This document shows positions 1-11,596 of a stretch of DNA of 64,000 nucleotides, in pieces. Source of the stretch: Isurus oxyrinchus (taxonomy: Eukaryota). The notes under the pieces are model-generated. The model saw only the letters and a list, made by a program, of their open reading frames with translations, did not search any database and was not told the origin of the DNA. Both the position numbers and the translations under genes were made by a program. The stretch is taken from the NCBI GenBank assembly GCA_026770705.1, contig JANJGN010001648.1:1-64000 (forward strand). The letters are read 5' to 3'. The first letter of the stretch is position 1. Every line of letters starts with the position of its first letter.

Positions 1-383
1 ACGACATGGTAAAACAAAGACTATATTGAGTGCATACGAGTGCCTGAAGTATACCGGCAGAGATTTCGGAATGTGAGAAAACCGCCTGGGCAAACTTCTA
101 TTGAGTTTGGAAGAGTTAAACAAAGTCATTTTGACGGGTAGATATGGGGCGTTAAAAACCGAGGCAGCCCCTTCCTTCTTAGAGAAGTGATTCTTTCGGA
201 AGAGATTCAAGATTCAACTCCTTCGGCCGTGGGAACTCATGAGGAGGGGCAGAGGGTTCCAATGGTAAGAGAAACAGCAGAGATAGCTGATGACTTTGAG
301 CTAATGCGTGGGGCTAAACCCTTTTTCCCATCACCCCTTTCTAGTTGGAAATGGACAGGAAGTGGGCAGGTGAATGTGAAGCT

Positions 384-630
384 TTAGCTGTCTTCTCAAA
401 TCAAATAACGAATGCTGCAACATCTCTCCCCTTCAGCTTTGGAAGAGCTGGTACAGATTTAAACATCTCCCCGCTGGGTCTGAAATTAAATCTTCTTTTC
501 ACCGTTAGAGCTTTCCTCAGAATACGAGGTCTCTATTTCACCTTGCGGCCTTTTAAGCCGGTATTCCCTTTCTCATTCCTTCTCTCCAGCCTTCACCTCT
601 CTGTTTATCCTTCCCTCTAGCTTGGAATTC
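384..630 (-). pseudogene. Inverted fragment of upstream gag coding sequence embedded within gag
   Basis: Reverse strand reads EKE*EREYRLKR...MFKSVPALPKLKGRDVAAFVI*FEKTAK, resembling the segment that precedes the SCAN-like region in Gmr1-type Gag (from recall). Confidence 0.65.
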
Positions 631-1639
631 CACTCAGGGAAGAGCAGGATTCACTGGAAGTTCCCAGGAAGTTCTTTGCTTTTTTTCAGAATATAAAGGA
701 AGGTGTTGAGGGTGGAAGTGACCTTCGAAAATTGAGGCGTTGTCATTGTAATATAGTGGGGCACACAAAGCCAGTGTGTTGGAGGTTGCGGGAAACATCT
801 GCGGGGATTATTTGGGTAGAAAAAAATCTCTGGGAGTAAAAGTATTATTGATTCTGAGGCTCAGACACAGGAGAAGCCAGTGTACAAGTAAAACAGGTAG
901 AATCAGTGATAGGTAAACAAGTGGGAATGTGTTCACAGTTTCATCAAGTGAGTTATGAGGAGCCGGTCACAGAAACGTTTACAGACCTTGTGTGTGAAGG
1001 GAACGTATACAGGGTGGAATAGGTCAAGTTGATAAACTTTTAAGAGATGGGGGGGGGGTCAGTCTATCCTTAATGTTGTGAGGTCGTGATATTTTTTATT
1101 CAGGCGTACTATTGCAGGAACAGGAACCCCATCAGTGGGGCTCATGGAGATGCTAAACCTTGTGGAAGGTAAATTTAGAGAGTAAGTGGATAACAGGGGT
1201 AGTGACTGTTGGGATGGTGGAAAAATTGCTCACTGCCGGGGTTCAATTTTATTCTGGGTAATGGTACAGCTGGATCGCCAATGTGGGTGATGCCTATGGT
1301 AGTTGAGCAGCCTGTAGAGGGGGCTTCAACGGAAGTGTTACAGGGAGCGCATCCTGGATTGTTGCCTGATTATGTGACAACCAGATCACAAGCTGATATG
1401 TCGAAACAAGAATAACAGGAAGTTCAAAAGCAGAAAGGACATGTTGAAATCCAATTAGCCGGCACTGTGTTTGATAACATTGTTCAGGAAGGGTGACTAG
1501 GACAATTCAGCTGAAGTGTTTAACTCAAGACAGTTAGTAGAGTTACAGAAAAAAGATTTGCACATACACTATTTTTATCAGACAGCTTACTCCAAAACAG
1601 AGGCAAAATGTATTCCAGAATTACCTTAAGGGTAATATT

Positions 1640-2530
1640 TTAATGAGAAAATGGAGGCCTTATTATGTTTCAGCAAATGAAAGCTGGAGGGAGGTACATC
1701 AGGTGGCTATCCCAATTGGGTATAGAAATGGGATTCTGAGAATCACTCATGAAGTTTCAATGGGGGGACACTTAGGAATTAGGAAAACAAGGGAGAAGAT
1801 ACAAAAAAACATTTTTATTGGCCTGGATTGCACAGTGATGTAGTCAAATCCTGTACAGCACGTCATACATGTCAGGTGATAGGGGAACCTCAAGCCCCTT
1901 TAATACCAATTCCAGCATTTGAAAAGCCTTTTACTGGGGCCATAATTGATTGTGTAGGACTCTCCCGAAGACTAAAACTGGAACTCAGTATGTCCCAACA
2001 ATAATGGATATATCTACCAGATTTCCTGAAGCAATACCTTTGAGAAACATTACAAAAAAAAAGGATTGTGGAAGAGTTAATTCATCTTTTCCAAGACATG
2101 ATTTACCGAAGGAAACACAATCAGATCAGGGGTCAAATTTTATGTGACAGCTGTTTGAGGAAGTAATGAACAATTTGGGGGTAAAACAATTTAAGTCATC
2201 AGCGTCTCATATGGGGAGAGAGAGTGGCATAGTGGTATTGTCACTGGGTTGGTAACCTTGGCAGACCCAGGGTAATTCTCTGGGTTCAAATCCCACCAAG
2301 GCAGATGGTAGAATTTGAATTCAATAAATGTCTGGAATTAAAAGTTACAACTCCGAATTTTATTGTTAGAGAGAAAGTACTAGTTCTGTTACCAGCACTG
2401 GGTGACTCATTAAAGGAAAGGGGGCCTTACAGGATGGAAGAGGAACTGAATGAAGTGAATTATTTAATAAATACACCAGGCTGAAGAAAAAAGTAGAGGG
2501 TGTGTGTCATGTACATACGCTTAACAAGTA
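1640..2530 (+). pseudogene. Integrase remnant (HHCC, partial DDE core, GPY/F), with part of the core deleted at the SINE insertion
   Basis: ORF fragments 1643-1843 and 1950-2147, plus GGGCCTTAC (GPY) at 2422-2430. Confidence 0.88.
2213..2344 (+). mobile_element. 5' part of a tRNA-derived SINE inserted in integrase
   Basis: Pol III A box TGGCATAGTGG (2225-2235) and B box GGTTCAAATCC (2283-2293). Integrase homology is broken across it. Confidence 0.8.
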
Positions 2531-3662
2531 CTTTGACAGGGAAGAGGACCGAAAGGAGATATTTGTGGTGGTAGATAATGAGAAAGAGTTAGAAATGCAG
2601 GATTCTGAAATTGATTTGCCTTTAATCCAATGGGATTATGAGGGGTTACTTGAAACCTTCAATGTAATATTGATTTACCTTCCAGACAAGTGTCAATGTG
2701 ATTTGGAAAAGCTACTGTGGTCACACAAAGCTATTTGTGGAAATAAATTGGGGAGGACAGATTTAGCTGGACGTGATGTGTCTGTAGAAGTCGCATCTTC
2801 AATAAGGGAACATCCTTATGGATTAAATCCAGCAAAATTATCACAAGTACGCAAAGGAATTGATTTCCTGCTTCAAAATTATATCACTGAGTCCAGTTGC
2901 AGTAACTGGAGTCCGCCTATTGAACTGGTACCGAAACCGGATGGAACACAAAGACTGTGTGTGGACTATCAAAAGGTGAATGTAGTGACATAAGAGGATT
3001 CATATCCTATACCATGGTTAGAGGATTGTATTGAGAAAGTGGGACAATCAAAATTTATCACAAGGTTTGACTTGCTGAGAGGACGCTGACAAGTACCACG
3101 TTGGAGAGAGCAAAGGAGATATCAGCTTTCATAACACCAAGTGGACTATATCAGCTTAAAGTCAATGCAATTTGGTCTGAAGCTTGCACCTGAAATACTT
3201 CAAAGGTGACGAACAAATTAATTGCGGGTCTAAGCAATCGCGCTGTTTATATTGATGACTTAATAGTTTTCAGTCAGACGTGCGAGGAGCACTTATAGCA
3301 TCCGGAAGGATTCATTTTTCGATTGCAAGAAACTAATTTGGTGATGAACTTGGCTACAAGTGAATATGCAAAAGCGTAAGTTATCTATCTGGACCGCACA
3401 ATTGGACGTGGTAGGGTGGTTCCAAGAGATGCAAAAAGTTAAGGATAGGGTGGATTTCCCAGTGCCTACAACAAAACAGGACGTTTTGAGATTTCTGGGC
3501 ATGAGTGGGTTTAACTGGAAGTTTGGGCCACTTTTAGCAGGAGTGGTTGTTCCACTGACTGAACAATTAACGAAGGATTTTCAGTGGACGCTGGAATGTC
3601 AGGAATCATTCGGTGGTTTGAAAACTGTGTGAACTCCGACACCAGCTTTGACAGTACCCGAG

Positions 3663-3870
3663 TTTTTTTATCCGTTCACAGGATGTGGGTTTCGCTGGCT
3701 GGGTCCAGCATTTATTGCCCATCCCTAATTGCCCCTTGAGAAGGTGGCGGTGAGCTGCTTTCTCGAACATCTCCATGTGGTGTAGGCACACCCACAGCGC
3801 TGTTAGAGGCGGGGGGGGAGGGGGGTGGTGGTGGGTGGTGGGGAGGGGGAGTTCCAGGGTTTTGGCCCAG
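3663..3870 (-). mobile_element. Short 5'-truncated LINE 3' tail (same family as 12121-15980) inserted in RNase H
   Basis: Closely similar to 12121-12290 (ttcacaggatgtgggt..cagcatttattgcccatc..ttgagaaggtgg), with an A-rich end and a G-rich expansion at 3808-3850. Confidence 0.88.
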
Positions 3871-4001
3871 TTACAGGAAGATGACAATTCAGTTGAAAAA
3901 CCGATAGGGTATTTTTCACAGAAGCTAATTGCACAACAGAGAATATACTCAACCATTGAAAAGGAGAAGTTGGGTTTGGTGCGAGCATTGCAGCATTTTG
4001 A

Positions 4002-4218
4002 AATCCGAAACAATCGCAAAAATTGCTGGGATGCACTCAGCAGGCCTGACAACATCTGAGCAGAGGAAGCCAGAGTTAAGGTTTCGAGTCCGTATGACGC
4101 TTCATCAGCAGATGAAGATGAATCCAGATGTTCCGATGAAGATGCTGTCAGACCTGCTGAGTCTCCCCAGCGATTGTCAGTTTTGTTTCCGGTTTCCAGA
4201 CTCCGCAGTATTTTGCTC
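4002..4218. mobile_element. Fold-back element, probably derived from Penelope-like element termini, with a degenerate hammerhead core
   Basis: Arms 4002-4057 and 4140-4196 are imperfect reverse complements (ctcagcaggcctgacaacatct / agatgctgtcagacctgctgag). Minus strand 4072-4108 reads CTGATGAAGCGTCATACGGACTCGAAACCTTA. Confidence 0.65.
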
Positions 4219-4590
4219 TGGTCGGAAACGGTTCTTTGTATAGAACGCAATCCTGAAAGGTTCCTGGACAAGTCCCAATTCAGATGTGTGAGGCTATTCA
4301 GGTGGAAGTTATTACTGCAACCTCTTAATCCACAGGTTATACATGTCGCTGGACAAGAAAATCTGATTGCAGATGATTTATCAAGAGTTGGGAGTTTAAA
4401 GGGAAGGTTGGAGTTTAAAAACCTGGACTCTGAACTGGAATGATTTCTGCTGATGTGAAGCATTTATATACCTGTTATGTTAAATGCATGCATCTGGTAA
4501 TGTGATACTGTAAGTATATAGATAAGTACAGGAGATAGTTTCAAATTGGTTAATAAAAATGAAGCCATCTTTTTAGATTATTACAGTTCA

Positions 4591-5480
4591 GTGAGGGGGT
4601 GTGTCAAGAAGATATAATGAGACGCAATTTTTTTGGAATTTATTGGTAAAACAGAGTAATCATGGGATGTATCGAAGTGCCCATCCACGTCTGTCTGGGT
4701 GTGAGGGAGAATTAATTGAATTAGTCTGGGTGCTTTGAGCTAAGAAGAGTGGCTAGGTTTGAAATGTTAATTAGGTAAACATGGGGAAGTTTAGAAACAT
4801 GGGTGCCAAGGGAAAGTTTGCATTTTGAAATAAACCAGACTGGATTGCTATCAAGGGAGGGGTGAAATATGTCACCTCGCCAGGTGAAGTTCAGAACAGT
4901 GTGTTCACTTTTCCCAAAGATTACTGGTAAAACTCAGTACTACGAGAGGTCTTTATTATCAGGGAGATAAAGTCCAAAGACAGAGTGAAACAATGGGGAT
5001 TTGCATTCAAAGAGGAAGATGTGTATAAAGTAGAAGCCAGGGCAGTTGGTTAGGGAAGGCATTTTTAAGAGCTTATAAGTGTGTGAAAAGCCTTCGGCAT
5101 CTATGGCTCAACCTGCTGTCTTCACGGGACTGGAGTTAAGAAAACTGACTTGGAAGTTGACATGTTCAGGGTATCATGTTTCATTGCCTGCGCCTCTTAG
5201 AATCGATGTGTCTTACAGTTGACTTAACGAAAGAATAACTGCTAGTTAGCTGAGTAGGGGATTTAGAAATTACTGCAGCAGTAATGTGTACATCGATGTA
5301 AGACCTCCAAAGTCAGTTTACTTAGTAATAAATGTTGAATCTAGTTCGGAAAAAACTAGGAAGATTTGCTGGTCATGCAACTGGAAATTAACACAGATTT
5401 GAGAATTATTTGTGAGAGTTGCTTCAAGTTTCCCTCTGGGATTCGAGCTGCTCAGCATTTAACATCCACCATGTCAACAC
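4591..5480 (+). repeat. Polypurine tract and probable 3' LTR
   Basis: GTGAGGGGGTG directly followed by TGTCAAG (4602), ~200 bp after pol. Contains ATTTGCAT (4999-5006), TATAAA (5024-5029) and AATAAA (5327-5332). The 3' CA end is not fixed because no second LTR is present. Confidence 0.6.
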
Positions 5481-5486
5481 ACAGCC

Positions 5487-7790
5487 TTTACACTGTCCCC
5501 ATCAAACACTCCCAGGACAGGTACAGCATGGAGTTAGATACAGAGTAAATCTCCCTCTACACTGCCCCCATCAAACACTCCCAGGACAGGTACAGCACGG
5601 GGTTAGATACAGAGTAAGTCTCCCTCTACACTGTCCTCATCAAACACTCCCAGGACAGGTACAGCACGGGATAAGATACAGAGTAAATCTCCCTCTACAC
5701 TGTCCCAATCAAACACTCCCAGGACAGTTACAGCACGGGGTTAGATACAGAGTAAAGCTCCGTCTACACCGTCCCCATCAAACACTCCCAGGACAGGTAC
5801 AGCAGGGGTTAGATACAGAGTAAATCTCCCTCTACACTGTCCCAATCAAACACTCCCAGGACAGGTACAGCACGGGGTTCGATACAGAGTAAATCTCCCT
5901 CTACAATGTCCTCATCAAACACTCCCAGGACAGGTACAGCACGGGGTTAGATACAGAGTAAATCTCCCTTTACACTGTCCCCATCAAACACTCCCAGGAC
6001 AGGTACAGCACGGGGTTAGATACAGAGTAAATCTCCCTCTACACTGTCCCCATCAAACACTCCCAGGACAGGTACAGCATGGGGTTAGATACAGAGTAAA
6101 GCTCCCTCCACACTGTCCCCATCAAACACTCCCAGGACAGGTACAGCACGGGGTAAGATACAGAGTAAATCTCCCTCTACACTGTTCCCATCAAACACTC
6201 CCGGACAGGTACAGCACGGGGTTAGATACAGAGTAAATCTCCCTCTACACTGTCCCCATCAAACACTCCCAGGACAGGTACAGCACAGGGTTAGATACAG
6301 AGTAAATCTCCCTCTACACTGTCCCCATCAAACACTCCCAGGACAGGTACAGCACGGGGTTAGATACAGAGTAAATCTCCCTCTACACTGTCCCCATCAA
6401 ACACTCCCAGGACAGGGACAGCACGGGGTTAGATACAGAGTAAATCTCCCTCTACACTGTCCTCATCAAACACTCCCAGGACAGGTACAGCACGGGGTTA
6501 GATACAGAGTAAATCTCCCTGTACACTGTCCTCATCAAACACTCCCAGGACTGGTACAGCACGGGGTTAGATACAGAGTAAATCTCCATCTACACTGTCC
6601 CCATCAAACACTCCCAGGACAGGTACAGCACGGGGTTAGATACAGAGTAAAGCTCCCTCTACACTGTCCCCATCAAACACTCCCAGGACAGGTACAGCAC
6701 GGGGTTAGATACAGAGTAAATCTCCCTGTACACTGTCCCCATCAAACACTCCCAGGACAGGTACAGCACGGGGTTAGATACAGAGTAAATCTCCCTCTAC
6801 ACTGTCCCCATCAAACACTCCCAGGACAGGTACAGCACGGGGTTAGATACAGAGTAAATCTCCCTGTACACTGTCCCCATCAAACACTCCCAGGACAGGT
6901 ACAGCACGGGGTTAGATACAGAGTAAATCTCCCTCTACACTGTCCCCATCAAACACTCCCAGGACAGGTACAGCACGGGGTTAGATACAGAGTAAATCTC
7001 CCTCTACACTGTCCCCATCAAACACTCCCAGAACAGGTACAGCACGGGGTTAGATACAGAGTAAAGCTCCCTCTACACTGTCCCCATCAAACACTCCCAG
7101 AACAGGTACAGCACGGGGTTAGATACAGAGTAACTCTCCCTCTACACTGTCCCCATCAAACACTCCCAGGACAGGTACAGCACGGGATTAGATATAGAGT
7201 AAATCTCCCTCTACACTGTCCCCATCAAACACTCCCAGGACAGGTACAGCACGGGGTGAGATACAGAGTAAAGCTCCCTCTACACTGTCCCCATCAAACA
7301 CTCCCAGGACAGGTACAGCACGGGGTTAGATACAGAGTAAATCTCCCTGTACACTGTCCCCATCAAACACTCCCAGGACAGGTACAGCACGGGGTTAGAT
7401 ACAGAGTAAATCTCCCTCTACACTGTCCCCATCAAACACTCCCAGGACAGGTACAGCACGGGGTTAGATACAGAGTAAATCTCCCTGTACACTGTCCCCA
7501 TCAAACACTCCCAGGACAGGTACAGCACGGGGTTAGATACAGAGTAAATCTCCCTCTACACTGTCCCCATCAAACACTCCCAGGACAGGTACAGCACGGG
7601 GTTAGATACAGAGTAAATCTCCCTCTACACTGTCCCCATCAAACACTCCCAGAACAGGTACAGCACGGGGTTAGATACAGAGTAAATCTCCCTCTACACT
7701 GTCCCCATCAAACACTCCCAGGACAGGTACAGCACGGGGTTAGATACAGAGTAACTCTCCCTCTACACTGTCCCCATCAAACACTCCCAC
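5487..7790. repeat. 69-bp tandem repeat array A, ~33 copies
   Basis: Unit ACACTGTCCCCATCAAACACTCCCAGGACAGGTACAGCACGGGGTTAGATACAGAGTAAATCTCCCTCT. Confidence 0.98.
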
Positions 7791-7907
7791 AACAGGACAT
7801 TCAGCTCTCAGCCAATTTCTCTTGTATTAATTTGTATTAAAGTGCTTTTAAAGATGTGCGTGAGTGCCTTGTATATGGTGAGGACAGGGACAAACTGCAC
7901 TGGGGTT

Positions 7908-8376
7908 GGAGGAGGGGGATCAGTGGGGAGGAGGGGGATCAGTGGGGAGGAGGGGGATCAGTGGGGAGGAGGGGGATCAGTGGGGAGGAGGGGGATCAGT
8001 GGGGAGGAGGGGGATCAGTGGGGAGGAGGGGGATCAGTGGGGAGGAGGGGGATCAGTGGGGAGGAGGGGGATCAGTGGGGAGGAGGGGGAGGAGGGGGAT
8101 CAGTGGGGAGGAGGGGGATCAGTGGGGAGGAGGGGGATCAGTGGGGAGGAGGGGGATCAGTGGGGAGGAGGGGGATCAGTGGGGAGGAGGGGGATCAGTG
8201 GGGAGGAGGGGGATCAGTGGGGAGGAGGGGGATCAGTGGGGAGGAGGGGGAGCAGTGGGGAGGAGGGGGATCAGTGGGGAGGAGGGGGATCAGTGGGGAG
8301 GAGGGGGATCAGTGGGGAGGAGGGGGATCAGTGGGGAGGAGGGGGATCAGTGGGGAGGAGGGGGATCAGTGGGGGG
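7908..8376. repeat. 19-bp G-rich minisatellite, ~24 copies
   Basis: Unit GGGGGATCAGTGGGGAGGA, almost invariant. Confidence 0.98.
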
Positions 8377-8596
8377 CAGTGAGTGGGTGTTTGGGGGCAG
8401 AGGGCGTACAGGAACGGGATGACATCCTACAGGCGGCGAGGCTCACACAGTCGAACAGCTGGATGCTTCACAAACTCCTGTCCCCCTCAAATCTTTCCCA
8501 TGGGATTGGGAATCCTTATGTTGCAATAAACTCAGTTGGAGAGGAGCCTGTTTTTAACGCTCGTCTTTGCTGCAGAGATTAAGTGTGCGGACCGAC

Positions 8597-9977
8597 CTGG
8601 AACTACAGCCCCAGGCTTTGCGGCCTGACTGAACTACAGCCCCAGGCTTTGCGGCCTGACTGAACTACAGCCCCAGGCTTTGCGGCCTGACTGAACTACA
8701 GCCCCAGGCTTTGCAGCCTGAATGAACTACAGCCCCAGGCTTTGAGGCCTGACCTGGAACTACAGCCCCAGGCTTTGAGGCCTGACTGAACCTAGGACTA
8801 TAGCGGCCTGCTTTAGGGCCTAACCCAGAACTGGAGCCCCAGGCTGTGCGGCCTAACTGAACTACAGCCCCAGGCTTTGCGGCCTGACTGAACTACAGCC
8901 CCAGGCTTTGCGGCCTGACTGAACTACAGCCCCAGGCTTTGCGGCCTGACTGAACTACATGCCCAGGCTTTGAGACCTGGCTGAACTACAGCCCCAGGCT
9001 TTGCGGCCTGACAGAACCACAGCCCCAGGCTTTGTGGCCTGACAGAATCACAGCCCCAGGCTTTGCGGCCTGACAGAACCACAGCCCCAGGCTTTGTGGC
9101 CTGACAGAATCACAGCCCCAGGCTTTGCGGCCTGACAGAACCACAGCCCCAGGCTTTGTGGCCTGACAGAATCACAGCCCCAGGCTTTGCGGCCTGACTG
9201 AACCACAGCCCCAGGCTTTGTGGCCTGACTGAACCACAGCCCCAGGCTTTGCGGCCTGACTGAACCATAGCCCCAGGCTTTGCGGCCTGACTGAACCACA
9301 GCCCCAGGCTTTGTGGCCTGACAGAACCACAGCCCCAGGCTTTGCAGCCTGACTGAACCACAGCCCCAGGCTTTGCGGCCTGACTGAACCACAGCCCCAG
9401 GCTTTGTGGCCTGACTGAACCACAGCCCCAGGCTTTGCGGCCTGACTGAACCATAGCCCCAGGCTTTGCGGCCTGACTGAACCACAGCCCCAGGCTTTGT
9501 GGCCTGACAGAACCACAGCCCCAGGCTTTGCGGCCTGACAGAACCACAGCCCCAGGCTGTGCGGCCTGACTGATCCACAGCCCCAGGCTTTGCGGCCTTA
9601 CTGAACTACAGCCCCAGGCTTTGCGGCCTGACTGAACCACAGCCCCAGGCTTTGCGGGCCTGACTGAACTACAGCCCCAGGCTTTGCGGGCCTGACTGAA
9701 CCACAGCCCCAGGCTTTGTGGCCTGACTGAACCACAGCCCCAGGCTTTGCGGGCCTGACTGAACCACAGCCCCAGGCTTTGCGGGCCTGACAGAACCACA
9801 GCCCCAGGCTTTGCGGGCCTGACTGAACTACAGCCCCAGGCTTTGCGGGCCTGACTGAACCACAGCCCCAGGCTTTGCGGGCCTGACTGAACTACAGCCC
9901 CAGGCTTTGCGGCCTGACTGAACTACAGCCCCAGGCTTTGCGGGCCTGACTGAACCACAGCCCCAGGCTTTGCGGCT
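8597..9977. repeat. 31/32-bp minisatellite, ~43 copies
   Basis: Unit AACTACAGCCCCAGGCTTTGCGGCCTGACTG. One 66-bp-type unit is embedded at ~8790-8857. Confidence 0.97.
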
Positions 9978-9981
9978 TGTG

Positions 9982-10510
9982 ACAAGAACACAAAATGAGG
10001 AGCAGAAGTAGGCCATTCGGCCCAGCGAGCCTGCTCCACCATTCATCAAGATCATAGCTGAACTGAGGGTGGTCTCTGCTCCAGCTTCCTGCCTGTCTCC
10101 CTCCCATCACCTGTGACTCTCTCGCCACTCTACCTCGATCTAAGTCAGCCTGGAGTATATTCCGTGACCCAGCTCCCACTGCTCTCCCAGAGAGAGGGAA
10201 CAGTTCCTCCTCACCTGCCCCTTAGAGCCTGATTCTCAAACCGTGCCCCCTCGTTCCAGTCTCTCACCCCCCCCCACTCCACCCCCTCCACTGAGTGGAA
10301 ACCCCCCCTCAGCATCCGCCCTGTCAGGTCCCCACGGGGATGCTGCACGCTTTCAGTAAGGTCACCCCTCATTCGACCAAGTCCAATGGATCCCGGGCCA
10401 ACCCAGCCCTTTCTTCACAAGACAGCCCCTTCGTCCCAGGATTCGGCCAAGTGACGCGTCTCGGAACTGTTTCCAATGCAAGTACCTCCTTCCTTAAATA
10501 AGGAGCCCCA
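9982..10510 (-). mobile_element. 5'-truncated, diverged CR1-type LINE 3' end
   Basis: Minus strand gives PYLRKEVLALETVPRRVTW.PGTKGLSCEER and RMRGDL (CR1 ORF2 C-terminus), then the tail TGAATGGTGGAGCAGGCTCGCTGGGCCGAATGGCCTACTTCTGCTCC. Confidence 0.85.
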
Positions 10511-11190
10511 GGCTGTGCGGCCTAACCTGGGACAATAGCGGCCTGCTTTAGGGCCTAACCCAGAACTGGAGCCCCAGGCTGTGCGGCCTAACCTGGGACT
10601 ATAGCGGCGTGCTTTAGGGCCTAACCCAGAGCTGGAGCCCCAGGCTGTGCGGCCTAACCTGGGACTATAGCGGCCTGCTTTAGGGCCTAACCCAGAACTG
10701 GAGCCCCAGGCTGTGCGGCCTAACCTGGGACTATAGCGGCGTGTTTTAGGGCCTAACCCAGAACTGGAGCCCCAGGCTGTGCGGCCTAACCTGGGACTAT
10801 AGCGGCCTGCTTTAGGGCCTAACCCAGAACTGGAGCCCCAGGCTGTGCGGCCTAACCGGGCACTATAGCGGCCTGCTTTAGGGCCTAACCCAGAACTGGA
10901 GCCCCAGGCTGTGCGGCCTAACCTGGGACTATAGCGGCCTGCTTTAGGGCCTAACCCAGAGCTGGAGCCCCAGGCTGTGCGGCCTAACCTAGGACAATAG
11001 CGGCCTGCTTTAGGGCCTAACCCAGAACTGGAGCCCCAGGCTGTGCGGCCTAACCTGGGACTATAGCAGCCTGCTTTAGGGCCTAACCCACAACTGGAGC
11101 CCCAGGCTGTGCGGCCTAACCTGGGACTATAGCGGCCTGCTTTAGGGCCTAACCCAGAACTGGAGCCCCAGGCTGTGCGGCCTAACCTGG
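10502..11190. repeat. 66-bp tandem repeat, ~10.5 copies (a dimer of ~33-bp subunits), with degenerate copies to ~11255
   Basis: Unit GGAGCCCCAGGCTGTGCGGCCTAACCTGGGACTATAGCGGCCTGCTTTAGGGCCTAACCCAGAACT. Confidence 0.97.
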
Positions 11191-11501
11191 AATGAGGGCC
11201 CAAGGGCGTGTGACCCAATGTGGAACTAGAGGCCCAGGCTGTGCGGCCTAAGGGCCGCAAGATTTGCAGCCTACCCTGGGCGAGCGCCCCACGCGGGATT
11301 GCAGCTGTTAAGCCCAGCAAAGTCATACCCTGGTTGCAACCTTCCAACCAGGAACCTTGCTCCATGTAGAACCTTTTGGGACAGACCTTCCTTCCAAACA
11401 ACGTGAAAGCATATGCGCTGCGGACGAAGGTCACTGGGGGTCATCTGACCAGCCCTGGGAACGCAGGAGGTGCCAATCTGTCTATTGAGGGCAAAAGGAA
11501 A

Positions 11502-11564
11502 CTGAAAGGTCTGGATAGAGCGGACGTTGGGAAGAGTTTCCATTAGTAGGAGAGACTAGGACCC
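11502..11564 (+). mobile_element. Tiny CR1 ORF2 fragment
   Basis: Translates LKGLDRADVGKSFPLVGETRT, similar to the CR1 C-terminal GLDRVD..FPLVGESRTRGH motif. Confidence 0.6.
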
Positions 11565-11596
11565 CATTGTCTCAACTCCCGGCGGGGTTAATACCC

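Larger units (their letters stand above)
2700..4390 (+). pseudogene. Reverse transcriptase/RNase H remnant, interrupted by two insertions
   Basis: HPYGLNP, WSPPIELVPKPDG, YIDDLIVFS, LRFLGMSGF, RLFRWKLLLQ, ENLIADDLSR. Confidence 0.9.
1..5480 (+). mobile_element. Decayed Ty3/Gypsy LTR retrotransposon, Gmr1-like (gag-PR-IN-RT-RNaseH order); 5' part outside the window
   Basis: SCAN-like gag (YRQRFRN, LREVILSEE, ~20-310); zinc knuckle CHCNIVGHTKPVC (741-779); protease LLRDGG (~1037); IN HEVSMGGHLG..YWPGL, TRFPEAIPL, QSDQGSNF and GPY (1747-2430); RT PKPDGTQRLCVDY and YIDD (3248-3259); RNase H PIGYFS, YSTIEKE, ADDLSR (~3870-4390). Many stops and frameshifts. The right end is approximate. Confidence 0.93.

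Noticed and set aside
2222-2296. tRNA gene
   Set aside because: A and B boxes are present but there is no intact cloverleaf; it is a SINE head.
3606-4463. 285-aa minus-strand ORF
   Set aside because: Chance antisense frame spanning pol and two unrelated insertions.
10415-11434. 339-aa minus-strand ORF with 22-aa repeats
   Set aside because: Stays open because the 66-bp unit is a multiple of 3, then runs into a CR1 fragment out of frame; no homology recognised.
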